64,000 bases of DNA from Octopus sinensis (lineage: Eukaryota). A program made the translations under genes and the position numbers. Below the pieces are notes generated by a model. That model had not been told where the DNA came from and did no database searches. It saw only the letters and a list, made by a program, of their open reading frames with translations. Shown here piece by piece: positions 12,542-26,313 of this stretch. The first letter of the stretch is position 1; every line of letters begins with the position of its first letter. The stretch spans positions 7,192,001-7,256,000 of the forward strand of contig NC_043021.1 in assembly GCF_006345805.1 (NCBI RefSeq). The letters are read 5' to 3'.

Positions 12542-14077
12542 GGTTGGGTGTGCAAATGGGAGAGAAAGAAGTACTCAATACATGTAGTGGTGTATTTATT
12601 TGTTTGAATTTGAAGATACATTTCACTCTGTTGCTTCTCTGAATGTCCTATTCTCTCGTCTGTGCCAAAAGTGGCTGCTCTTCTTTTTCCGTTTCTTTCT
12701 CTACCCACCCCACCCCCATTCTTTGCTACATTACATTACTGGGTCGAACACAAGAACAAGAAGAGAAAACTTCGAGAGTAGCAACGAAGTGTGTCTTCAG
12801 TTTCAAACAATATGTGTATGTGTGTGGTGTGGTGTGGTGTTTGATCTTTCGCTGCTTCCCCCCCCCACACACACACACATTTTTCCATGTACGGTGCTGG
12901 TGTCATTAGCTGCATGTCATCTAACATTAAACTTGGCTGCTGCTTCGTTAATTTCCCTCTGCTCCGTTACCTCCCATTTGCACCACCCACCCACCCTGCC
13001 TTCTATTTTGTAGTCTGCATGCTGCTAGCCACTGCTTCATTAATGTGTACATGCTTTATTACAGTTGCTGTTGCAATTCTGTTCCAAATTTGTGCAGTTT
13101 TGCAAAAAGAAAAAAAAAGAAAATCCTGCAGAAAAGAAACATTTTTATTTGATTATCAAAAGCTTTTGTATATATATGTATATATGCTTGTGTATATACA
13201 CACACTCATAAATATATGCATATATGCATTTATAAATATATATGAAAAATGTGTATGTTTATACATGATGATAATGATTTCCGTGACTAATTATATAATT
13301 GTAATTTGCTTTAATTAGTACTGTTTTGGTATTTTAGGTGTTTATTGTTTAATTAATCTTTAATTGCTTACTAATTTTAGGGTTGGTTAAAACAGTTATT
13401 CCCTTCATCCCTTTTGAGACCTTCTGCCTCTGTTACAAGTCATTATTACTATAATTAATCGTTTTCCTGTCGGGTGTCAAAATCATTGCAACATGAGATC
13501 TAATGTTTCTTGGTATAGAGTTTCAGCTGTTTTGTTCTAAGTTCACACCTCTGGCAAAGCTTAACCTGCCTCCTCTTTCTCTTTTTCTATGAGTGTTGAT
13601 AGGATAAGTACCAGCTGCGTACTGGAGTTTATGAAATGAATTATATGTCTCCCTCTATGGCTGCTTATAAGTTCTGTGTCTCCTCTATGGCAGTGCATAC
13701 TTAGTTTTAAATATACCAAGATTGGCTTTGTCCTCTTCATCCCTTTTCAGGGTCAATAAAATAAATTACTTAGTCAATTACTGGAGTTTTTTTTAATTGA
13801 CTAACCCCTCCCCTCAAAATTGCTGGCCTTGTGCTTAAATCAGAAACAATTATGAGGTGACAATGGTGAGCTGGCAGAAATGATTAGAATGTGGACAAAA
13901 TGATTTGTAGTACTTGTTCTGTCTCTTTATGTTCTGAGTTCAAGTTCTGCTGAAGTCAACTTTGGCTGTCATCCCTCTGGGGGTCAATAAAATAAAGTAC
14001 CAGTCAAATACTGAGATCAATATAATCAATTAACCTCTTTCACACAAAAATTGTTGGCCTTGTGCCAAAATTTGAAG

Positions 14078-14110
<33 letters not shown>

Positions 14111-17100
14111 CATTATTATTATTGTTGTTGTTGTTTAAGATGTAACACAGTATCCAATATCATGATGTTGTTAAATGAAGATGTTGTCTGCTGGAGTTGT
14201 GGTACTGTCAAGTCATTATTATTATTATTATATTATTATTATTATTATTGTTATAAATTCCTAGAAAAATACCACAGTCTCTAGAGAAATATATCCGGTT
14301 CCTTCATGGCATAGTTGGGTCCCATTTCCTTTTGTAGTAATCAAAACCAAACACACACAGATACACACACATGCACTCGTATATTCTTTCAAAGACTGGT
14401 TCTGTTTTCTTTCTAGATTGAAAGTGCTGAGCCAATAAAAATTAATTGACTGGTCTCCCTGTTTTTATGAGTTCAGAAATATTTAGTTCATTTTTTTGCC
14501 ACTGTGATATTTGGCAGTTTTGACTCAAGGTCTAATCTTCGCCTTTAAAACCCGTTAAACAAATCCTGTTAATTAATCCCAAGATCTACCATAACATGGT
14601 CCAGCAAAATTGAGTGTTTAGTTCCACATGTGTTGCAAGTTCAAATCCCACCAAAGTTGTATTTGCGATGAAATTGGCAATTGACTTTACAAGTAGCTAT
14701 TAACTACTCCTAAAGTAGTTAATAACTACTTAGGTAAAATATCTGTAGTTTCTAATAAAGTAACCAATTTAGAAAACACAGAAGACTCTCTTGTCCACTT
14801 AAACCCCCATGCCCTTCGGCCCCTTATGTCTTGCTTTTTCTACTTTCACTGTTCTTTGGTGATGGTTTTTTTTTCATTCTTATCTCTCTCTTTCAAAATA
14901 TTAGCTCTACCCTTCCACTAACCTCGTGTTAAATACCTTCCCAGGACTAAATCTGTCTCCAGCCCCCTTTTCACTTCATTCCATTCTTACAACCTTTTGG
15001 TATGTATTCCAAAAGTCTTTTCTTCTCTTGCTATTTATTATAATTATTATTATTATTATTATTATTATTTGTTGTTTAATTTCATATTTTTATTATTTCT
15101 ATCCACAATGTCTACTTTGCATTTTTTTTTTATCTCTCTTTCTTTATAATTTTAAATACTTTGCTGAAAAAATTTTTCTTTATTGATTTACACACAAACA
15201 CAGACACCTGGTAATGCTCTGCATATTGTTAGACAGCTCATGTAACATACACACATACAGTATATTTTATAGCATCACATAGCTCATGCATCAGGCACAC
15301 ATTTTTTTTTTTGCATAGTATCATGTAACTCATGCATTACACACACACACACACACACACACTTTTATTGTATTATATCACACTGTCTATGTATTATGTA
15401 CTCACATGCACACACGACCCTAGATACTACCCAACGGTTATGTATTACGCTAACATAGTATTTTATAGTATTGTATTATCTGTATGTGTGTATCTCTCTC
15501 ACACACATAGACACAAAATATCAGCAGCACCAATAGCCTTGTTAACCACCCCTTGTTAGCCCACCGCTGTGTTGGGATGCACACCATTAATAGCTGCAGG
15601 TAAACAAATTTCTGTTTTGATCTAGTTCACATTGTTTTCTTTGTTGTCTTTCCCAATGGACCCTGCCGGACAGTAGAGAGAGGGCAACATTCCTAGATTA
15701 CCAAGCTGCACCCTTGCAATAAACTGCTGCATATCTAAGCATGCAGTATGTTCTTACATTATATATGAATATATATTGCATTAGGAAGGGCATCTAGCCG
15801 TAGAAACCATGACGAATCAGCCTGGAACCTGGTGCAGGTTTCTAGCTTGCCAGCTCTGGTCAAACTGTCCAACCCATGCCAGCATGGATAATGGTCGTTA
15901 AATGATGATGATTATATGTACTACTAGATCTTTGATTGCATTTAGGTGTGTGCTGTAAGAAATGAGTTTGGGAAATTTGGGAAATTGTAATATTAATGAT
16001 AGCTAATCTTGAACATTTAGTTTGAATCAAGTCTAAGAATCTTGTACACCTATCCAAAATTAAGACACCTGATTACTATCCAGTCGGGAACCATGTATCT
16101 AGGATTAAGACATTTGATTGTGATCCAGTCATGAACCATTTATACATATATAGGCTTATGACATCAGGCTATCTGTCTATCTATCCGCTCAGTCGAAGTC
16201 GACTCTCGGTCACTCGTTGGATCAGTGTCCTCCAGTCAGTTCTATCCTGGGTCACTTCTTTCAGATTGGCTATGTCCATTCCAGTATCCCTCTTGATGGT
16301 GTCAAGCCAGCGGTTCTTGGTCGGCCTCTTCCTCTCTTGCCACTGACCATTCCAAGCATGATGTCCTTCTCCAGGGATTTTCTCCGCATAATATGACCGA
16401 AATATGCCAATCTATGCTTGGTGATCCTAGCTTCTAGCGACATTTTCGGCCTGATCTGCTTAAGAACTTCTCCATTGGTGAGCCTCGCTGTCCATGGAAT
16501 CCGTAAAAGTCTTCTCCAACACCAAAGCTCGAATGCATTAATTCTCTTCTGGTCATCAGGCGCCATGTACATATATACATCTGATTATGATCCAATCAGG
16601 AACTGTGTACACATATCTAGGATTAAGACAACTGATCGTGATTAGCATTCCAAACCAACTGAAACTTTGTACAAATGCTGATATTGTTAAAAATATTGCT
16701 GTGGTTATTATGCACGCACGCACACACACACACACACACACACACTGGTATACACATACTCAGAGGCACACATATACACAGTTACAAAGGTAAATGTACA
16801 TATTACACATAAACAGAGGTTCACACACATACATATAAACATATACATACATGCATATACATAAATGTATGCAAATACACATGCAATATGCACCTTAATT
16901 AAGCATCAATGAAATACTTATTATTGGATTGTAATTATATTTCTTAATTAACAGAGCTGAAAGGTCAGTTTTTCTTCTGAAACAAAAAAATAAAGAACGA
17001 ACAAGACAAAAAAAATTCTGCTTTTCTCCTGTGTACATAGGTCCGAAACGCGGCACACTGAAGGCTATGATGTCAGCATATAACAGTTGTGAAGCAATGC

Positions 17101-17904
17101 TCGAAAATTTGAGCAGTGGTAGCAGTAGTGATGGTGATAGCATGGATGAAGGTGGCGAGGATGTCAGTGGTGTTGGCATTAGCGGTGCCGTTGCTGGTGG
17201 GTACAGCAGCTTCACTTCTGTTGCCAGTGACAAAGCCGTTGCTTTCACTCCGTCGTCTTCTGCCGGCTCTGCTTCTCCGAAGGGTTACAGGTCGCCGCCC
17301 TCTTCTTCTGCTTCCTCCTCTTCCTCTTCCTCTTCTTACCGGACCCCACCTTTGGGTAGTCACTTGCCCGAACACTTTGATGACAATGGTATGCATGCAA
17401 TCATTTTAAATAGTTGCTTTTTCTTTATTTGTTCTTGCTTTTGTTTTATTTGATTATTTGTTGTTTTTTTTTGTAATATTTTTTGCATTTTCAATTTTTT
17501 TAATACCCTCAAAACCCCATGTATAGATTTTATACTGTCTGATACTCTTTTCAAGTTTGGAGTCTATATAGTCTTAAAACCCCTTTAGTACAATGGGTAT
17601 GTATATATATATATATATATATATCATCATCGATGCCAGCGCCGCCTCGACTGGCTTCCGTGTCGGTGGCACGTAAAATGCACCAATCCGACCGTGGCCA
17701 ATGCCAGCCTCGCCTGGCTCCAGTGCAGGTGGCACGTAAAAAGCACCTACTACACTCACGGAGTGGTTGGCGTGAGGAAGGGATCCAGCTGTAGAAACTC
17801 TGCCAGATAAGACCGGAGCCTGGTGCAGCCTTCTGGCTTCCCAGATTCCCGGTCAAACCGTCCAACCCATGCTAGCATGGAGAACGGACGTTAAATGATG
17901 ATGA

Positions 17905-17940
<36 letters not shown>

Positions 17941-20900
17941 GTAAACATTAAGGCAAGGCAATATCATTATGGGAAGAAAGTAAAAATCTTACACCTGTTT
18001 CTGCGATATCCCCGAGTATGGGATATTCTGTCATCAGAGACAAATAGGGAAAACTTATATAACTTAGTGGTTTGGCAAAAGAGACCGATAGAGTAAGTGC
18101 TAGACTTACAAAGAATAAGTCCTGGGGTCAATTTGTTCGACTAAAGGTGGTGCTCCAGCATGGCTGAATAATAAAAGAATAAAAGAATATACATACACAC
18201 ACACACAGTGTTGCACAACACTAACATAATCCAGTGAATTAGTTTTTAATTTTTTATTTCATATATAGTTGTATGTATGGCTTTGTGGTAAGAAGCTTGC
18301 TTCCCAACCACCTGGTTCCAGGTTCAGTCCCATTACGTGGCACCTTGGGCAAATGTCTTTTACTATAGCCTCAGGCTGACCAAAGCGTTGTGCATGGATT
18401 TGGTAGGCAGAAGCCGAATGAAACCCATTGTGTGTGTGTGTTCCCACAACCACTTGACAATCAGTGTTGGTGTGTTTACATCCCCATAACTTAGTGTTTC
18501 AGCAAAAGAGACTGGTAAAATAAGTTCCATGCTTGAAAAAAAAAATAGAGGTACTGAAAAATCACGCCCACATTTGTATGGGTTTTAGTATAACTCTTGT
18601 ATAAATAAAAACTAAATCTTCTAAAAATAATAGTTTTATTACATTATTAAGGTTGTATTTCTTTGTAAAAGTTAGTGTGTGTGTGTGTAAAAGGACTTTC
18701 TTGCCTGAAGCAGGTATGGCTGTGTGGTAAGTAGCTTGCTTCCCAACCACATGGTTCCAACTTCAATCCCACTGTGTGGCACTTAGGGCAAGTGTTTTCT
18801 ACTAAAGCCTCGAGCTGACCAAAGCCTTTGATTTTGTAGGCGAAAACTAAAAGAAGCCCATTTGTGTGTGTGTGTGTGCGCTGAGGTCAACTTTGCCTTT
18901 TGTTCCTACAACATCGAGGAAATAAGTTATTGGAGTTAATGAAATCAATACCCACCTATCCCTAAATTGCTGCCCTTCTGCCTAACTTAGAAATAATTAT
19001 TCAAACCCCCTAATTTTAATTTTAATGAAAAAGGTCATATTTATACATGGAGTTTTAGAGTTCTTATTTTTCTTTTATGTTGATTATTATTATTATATCA
19101 TCATTATTGTTGTTGCTTTGGTTGAGTCTGTGTATTAATTTAAATATTACTTAGCTTGCGAATGTAGACTGAACTTCATGGTCATCTTATTTACTGACCC
19201 TCATAATCATCCACACACACTCATGCAATCACAATTGCACCTCACTCAGAACCACACAATCTGTATTTCCTCACAAATGCTCTCTTACTCACTTTTTCAT
19301 GAACACTTACACTTCAACTTACTATTATACACACATTCACTAAAGTTCATAGTTTCAGTTTTACTTACCTTATCCAACATGAAATGCTGAGTTTAGTGTA
19401 GGAATCCTGCATGATATAAGATAAGAGTGAGGTTTTCCTACATTTTACTGCAAGCCCCGACTGGCCTCCGTGCCGGTGGCACGTAAAAAGCACCATCCGA
19501 TCGTAGCCGTTGCCAGCTTTGCCTGGCCCCCGTGCCGGTGGCATGTAAAAAGCACCATCCGTCCGTGGCCGTTTGCTAGCCCCGTCTGGCACCTGTGCGG
19601 GTGACACGTAAAAAGCACCCACTACACTCACGGAGTGATTGGCGTTAGGAAGGGCATCCAGCCGTAGAAACACTGCCAGATCAGACTGGGCCTGGTGCAG
19701 CCTTCTGGCTTCCCAGACCCCAGTTGAACTGTCCAACCCATGCTAGCATGGAAAACGGATGCTAAATGATGATGATGATGATGTATTCTGTGGCTATTTG
19801 AGTTGAAGAGAGAAGAATTTTTAACTATAGAAATCTGGCAGGAGAGTGTTTAGGCAGCGCATAACCAGTACTTTATTTTACTAACCCAGGAAGTATGAAA
19901 GGCAAAGCTGACTTTAGCAGGATTTGAACTCAGAATGTAAAGAGCTAAAACAATACGGCAAAGCATTCTTTTTTTCAATACTCTAATGATTCTCTCAATT
20001 CACTGCTCAGTTATTCACAAATAATAAAGGTCTGGTTGAGAATTGAACCACTGAATGTGGTGGTTTGACATTAGGACCTTTCTCTTCTACATTTTAGTTT
20101 TGTTCATTGCACTCTCCTTGTCATTCTGTAAATTAGAAATGAGTTAGCAAACAGCTGTTTGCTCTCCACCTCTCTTCTTTACATGAAACTGGTGAAAGGA
20201 CTCTGACCAACCCCACATGACTGCCAGTGGACTAATGCATGTCAATAAAATAAAGAAACTGTGTGAACTGTCAAGTAGTTGACAGTGTTGATCATCCATA
20301 TTGGTTACTGTGTTAGTTTGATACCATAACTGCATTTGGTGTAGTACAGAATACATTCTGTGTGAACATTAATTTTGTCAAAGGTTTTTCTAGAAAACCA
20401 TATCCAAATATTTATTGGGGTAATACTATTCTTACACCTGTCCTGTACACTCATGTCATAACAGAAGCAAGCATCAATAATTTTGCAGGCAATTTTCCTA
20501 TTAAGTGAATTTAGCTGCAATTATGCTGAGAGATGGTGTTTGTTTGTTTTTTTTTATTTTTTTTTTTTGCTTCTTATTACTGTCGTTGAAAATTTATTTC
20601 TATATGTGAGTGTAATTTAAAAAAAAAATTATTTGTGCTTGTAGGGGCCGTAGTTTGTTGTCCTTGATTCAAAAGACATATAGGTATGGTTACCTAGCAG
20701 TGAAGGTGCTTAAACCTCCCCATAATCATAACACGAACTCAATTTTTGTCCTTGGATGGCAACTGTTATTTCCTATTTGCTTTCCCCTAGAAAGTATGAA
20801 AAATGGCCAATATTTCCTTCAAACTTTGCTTTTGTTACATTTATTCCAACACCAAAGAATCCCCTCTCAGCACATGGCTACAATGCTCCCCCACTACTCC

Positions 20901-23900
20901 TGCTCACAATCAGAGATGTACATATTGTCAGCCACTAATGGACATGCTCAAGTGGTTATGGTCCATCAACTGACAAGAAAATCTGTGGTATTGAGCAGAA
21001 TATTTGCTATAACGATATTTCTGCTTCTGCAACTCAATACTGAATCTGTCTGAAATTTAATGGAAAATAGGTCAGTTTCAAAACATTGATGTCCAAGACA
21101 GAAAAGCAAAGTTTGAAGAGAATAGTAGTCATTTCCTTTGATTTCTAGATAGAATCAAATATGAAATAATATTGACCAAAGACAAAAGAAAAAAGAAATT
21201 ATGTCACAGTGTAATATATGAGGAAAACATCTGTCACACTATCAGCTTGTCCTTGGGGTGACTATCCTCACATCCTCTTATGCACTTAAACTATTATTAG
21301 TGAACATCATAAATTCCAGTGTTCACTGGGTCACTATAAGTATTACATGTGAGAATTTCCCACATTTATTGTGGACCCAATCTCTCACCAAAGATACCAC
21401 AGATGAAGGATTTTGAACTCAGTACTATAAACTAATGGAATACTTGTCAATTATACAGTGCTCTTAGTTGTTTGTGTTAGTGAGATGTACTTCCTATCTA
21501 CCCTAATTATCTACAATTAGCTATACCTCCTAATCCATAGTACCTTTTTACAGCAGTATGCCCCATCTGTGGTGCTTGCTTAGTTATATCTCCCATTTGT
21601 GGTACTTAGCTGCTTGACTTGCTGGAAATAGCAACCAAGTTCCCTACAATCATACCTTGCCATCATGAAAAAAGAAAAGAAAGATGCATCAGATAATGCA
21701 ATCAGGGGTGCACTATACTTCGAAAAAATAGAAATTGGATGGTCATGAATGGAATGCCTTTGATCATAGGTCTGCTCCATGGGATTTGACTTGGGGCTTA
21801 ACAGCAGCTATAACTTGTATTTTTGTTTTCATCTGCTGGAATGAATTTAACTTTGAATAATGTTTGCTAGACTGTAGGCTAATTTCTTAAGACCAGTTTA
21901 CTTCCTCTAAACAAATTAATTTTCCCTATATCAATCAGTATTATTATCTTGTTGATTTACCTGCTGATGTCTTATGAATCGCTGATGAAGATCATAAAGA
22001 CTGAAATATATCTGGCATTGTCTCCCTTACTTGCTGAAATAAATAAATAAATAAATAAATGAAACAATAACGGTATTAGCTGTTGACTAGCATTGATTTC
22101 TCCCTCCTCCACCTCACCGTAATTATCTCCACTGGAATATTTATTGTAGGGATTATTAAAATACTAACACTAGCTTCCAACTTGTTTATTCATCGTATGC
22201 CATCTCTTCTTTAAATACTTCTAATTCTCCCTGCCAACCAATGTACTTCCTTGTGCATTTACTCAAGGATTCCTTCACCACTTCTTTGATAAGTGTGGCG
22301 AAATGTGTACTTCACTGATGAGGTCATGATAACACTGAAACCTATTTGAAGTTGTCTTCCATATTAAGTAAAATAATTAAAACAGTATTTTAATCTCTTT
22401 TTTTTATATTCCTTTTTCCTGACTGCATATTTATTTCTAGCAATATTCGTGATGTTGCTTTCATTAAAATTATATTAGAATTAACTTAACTATCACTATT
22501 TTGTCTATATAAACTGGGTATACGTCATTTTGAAACACCTGGTGTGTGTGTGAGTGTGTGTGCGTGTGCATGTGTGCATACATGCACATATTCTCATTAT
22601 TTTACTATTTTCTCTTAAATATAGTTGTTGTCGTTATGGCTGTTGTTGCTGTTGCTGCTATTACTACTGTTGTTTTTGTTGTTGTTGCTACTGCATGTGT
22701 TGCTTGTTAGCTTAATTACCATTACATCATACTCTCCCCTTCTTGATGACTCCACCCCCCACACTACTCCATCAAATCATATACCCCTCCATGACTATCA
22801 CCACCTGCCATCATCCGGCTCTCCCAATTCTCCTTTCTTAAATAAAATGGGAGAGGTCAACAAATAAGTTACGCAAAACTTTTTGATCCCCACCTCATCT
22901 ACTCGCCATCTTTTTCTCTTCCTCTTCCTTTCTATTTTGTTGACAGGTCAATAATTGTTACTTTCATTGATCCTGAGGTAAGGCATGCGTGTTAAAATTA
23001 AAGCTAGTAGACCTACTACTTGGCTAGATGGTTACTCAAAATTTACTCCTACTCAGAATAAAAAGGCCCTGCTTGATACTGTCAGAACTTGCTTTTCTTC
23101 TCAACTTATAAACTTTCATTTGTTTGCTAGTTCAAATCTTGTTGAACTGTGACCTTGAAGAATTTTAGTCAGTCGTTTATTGATCTTTAAACTGTTAAAC
23201 TGTGGCCTTCAAGAATTTTAGTCTTATATTGATTCCTCCCCGACAAATTGTTGAACTTTACCTCCAAGGATGTTAATCTTGTAGTAACCCCTAAGTCACT
23301 GAACTATGACCTTCAATGATTTTAGACAGTTATATATACTGACACCCAGATCATCAAACAGCAATCCTCAAGGATTTTAGTCCTTATATATCAACCCCAA
23401 AATCACTGAGCTGTAATTTTGAATAAGTTCACTCAATAATAAATTGATGCCTAAATCACTGAACCATGATCTTCGTAGACTTTAATCTTATATTGGTCCC
23501 TAAGCCTTAAATCATTAGATTGTTTAAGTTTTTTAGTCACACACCTTAAATATATATATATATAATTAATATAAACAGCAGGTTGCAATGTTTCACCAAA
23601 AAGGAGAATTATGATTGTCACTAAATATGACTAGGGTGTTAAGAAACGCTTACATGCTAGAAATAGGAGCTAAAATGCGCTAATACTGCAGTTAATGCAC
23701 ATGAACTTATATATTAACAAGGACCTGAACTATCCAAAAATTTCTGATCAAGAATTCTTAAAACTGACATCAGTTTCGGCAATTTCTATTGCCTTATCAG
23801 TTCAGCCTGGTTGATCTTGGCTTTCTTCGGCTTGCTTCTCTATTATAGTATATATGTTTTTGTCATCCAAATTAATGGATGGTTTAGCGATTCGCTAATG

Positions 23901-24631
23901 TGTATACATAAAAATTGCTATAAGCAGCAAGTTATATATATATATATATATATAAATTAAATTAGAGATAAAACCACTATTAGGCAAATCAAACAGTGAA
24001 AAACATAAACCAAAACAGAAATAAAATTAATTAATATAAAATACAAAATTTAAATTATTTAAATTTAAAGTTAAAAATTAAAAATTATTAATTTATATTT
24101 ATAAATTTATGTATATATAGTATGTATATATGTAAAGGTGTGTGGCTTAGTGGCTAGTGTATTTGGCTCATGATCACAAGGTTGTGAGTTTGATTCCTGG
24201 TGGCATGTTGTCTCCTTCAGCAAGACGCTTTATTTCTTGTTGCTCTAGTTCACTGAGTTCTATCTGTAGTTCAGTAGACTGGCCTTGTCACATTTGATGT
24301 GCCATGCTGAATCTCCCCGAGAACTACGTTAAGGATCCGTGTGTTTGTGGAGTGCCACTTGCAAATTTTCACTAGCAGGTTTTTCTGCTGATTGGACAGA
24401 CTGGAACCCTTATTGTTGTAACTGACAGTGTTCCAGTCAGCCACACACATATATATATGCTTTTGGTGCGAATGGGTTTTTTTTATACAGCGCCAAGTTT
24501 ACAATCCTGTAAATAATAATAGTGGTATTTTTTTATATAAGTTTAAAGCTTATGGCGATCACCATGCAATGACTAAGGAAAGTGTCTAATAAAGGGGCAT
24601 ATAAGCCCTCGACAGAAAAAAGAAGGCTTTC

Positions 24632-24726
<95 letters not shown>

Positions 24727-25067
24727 ATCACATGACCGACCAGACCATCAGATGTTGTTACACATCGCTGGTCACAATGCGTTCGCATTGTTTTTAGCCT
24801 TCGAATGACGCCACCCCGCTGGCTAAGCGAGCAGGCCAACAGAAGAAAGAGTGGTGAAAGAGTACAGCAGGGATCACCACCCCCTGCCGGAGCCCCGTGG
24901 AGCTTTTAGGTGTTTTCACTCAATAAACACTCACAACGCCCGGCCTGGGAACCGAAACCGCGATCCTACAACCGCGAGTCCACTACCCTAACCACTGGGC
25001 CATTGCGCCTCCACACACACACGCACACACACACACACACACACTCACACACACACTCACACTCACA

Positions 25068-25119
<52 letters not shown>

Positions 25120-26036
25120 CTCTCTCTGCCCCTTTCTGTACTTTACCTGGTTATTATAAATTTCATTGTTAGGGCTTTGGTCATCTTCATTCTGTGTTAA
25201 AAGACTTGCAGTAGGATTGAAATGGGAATCACATACTATGCAAAAGCAAAACTCTAAATCACACCATTATGTTAGCCCCAACATGTTTTTCACCAATTCA
25301 GTTCCTTCCTTATTTTTTTTTTTATTATCTTACATATCATTTAGAAGGAAACTTATGTTTCCTTCCAAATACTCGCACACGCACATTCATATACCCATAC
25401 AGAGATAGGGGCATATACATAGACATGGACACATGCACAAAGATATACATACAGACATGTATGTGTGTATACAGACACACACACACATACATACACTTAT
25501 ATACAGATGTATATTTAAAATATACACACGCGTATGCTTTGCTAGGTGGACATCTTTGACCATATCTCATTTTTACCATCTCTCTCTCTCTCTCTCTCTC
25601 TTTCACAAACAGTGTTATGTGCATCCGTATGTATATACAATAGTCTGTTTATCTTAAACAAATATGCCACACCACACTGTTATGGAGCTGTTGAACCTCT
25701 GTTTCACCCGAGAGCTTATTCTGATCAGAGACCCATGTAGTGTTGTTGCAACTGGTCTTAGCTTCAACAACAACAAAAGTATTCTTTTTTTTGTTTTGTT
25801 TTGTTTTGTTTTTGTTCACAGGAATTTTAGGAAAGATTCCAAACTATCAAACAAAAAGAAAATGATTTTTAACAAAAGATTCTGTTTCTTATCCACCTAA
25901 CTTATCACTAACTCATTATTATCAATACTATTATTATTATTATTATTTTTTATTCTTCCCTCAATTTTGTTTCCATTTCTTGCCGAGTGTTTCATTATTA
26001 TTATTATTATCATTATTATTATTATTATCATTATTA

Positions 26037-26077
<41 letters not shown>

Positions 26078-26267
26078 TATTATTATTATTATTTTTTATT
26101 CTTCCCTCAATTTTGTTTCCATTTCTTGCCGAGTGTTTCATTATTATTATTATTATCATTATATTATTATTATCATTATTATTATTATTATATCATTATT
26201 ATTATTATTACATTATTATTATTATTATTATTATTATTTATTATTATTATCATTATTATCATTATTA

Positions 26268-26313
<46 letters not shown>

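Noticed and set aside
12600-13013. 137-aa ORF or alternative exon candidate ([17 protein letters not shown])
   Set aside because: No usable acceptor, weak donor, no striatin similarity
20645-20683. Possible 39-nt cassette exon (tgtag|...TAG|gtatgg)
   Set aside because: Short pyrimidine tract, open only in phase 2 while the intron is phase 1; no homology support
20655-21053. 132-aa ORF in complex intronic sequence
   Set aside because: No recognisable domain or consistent splice context
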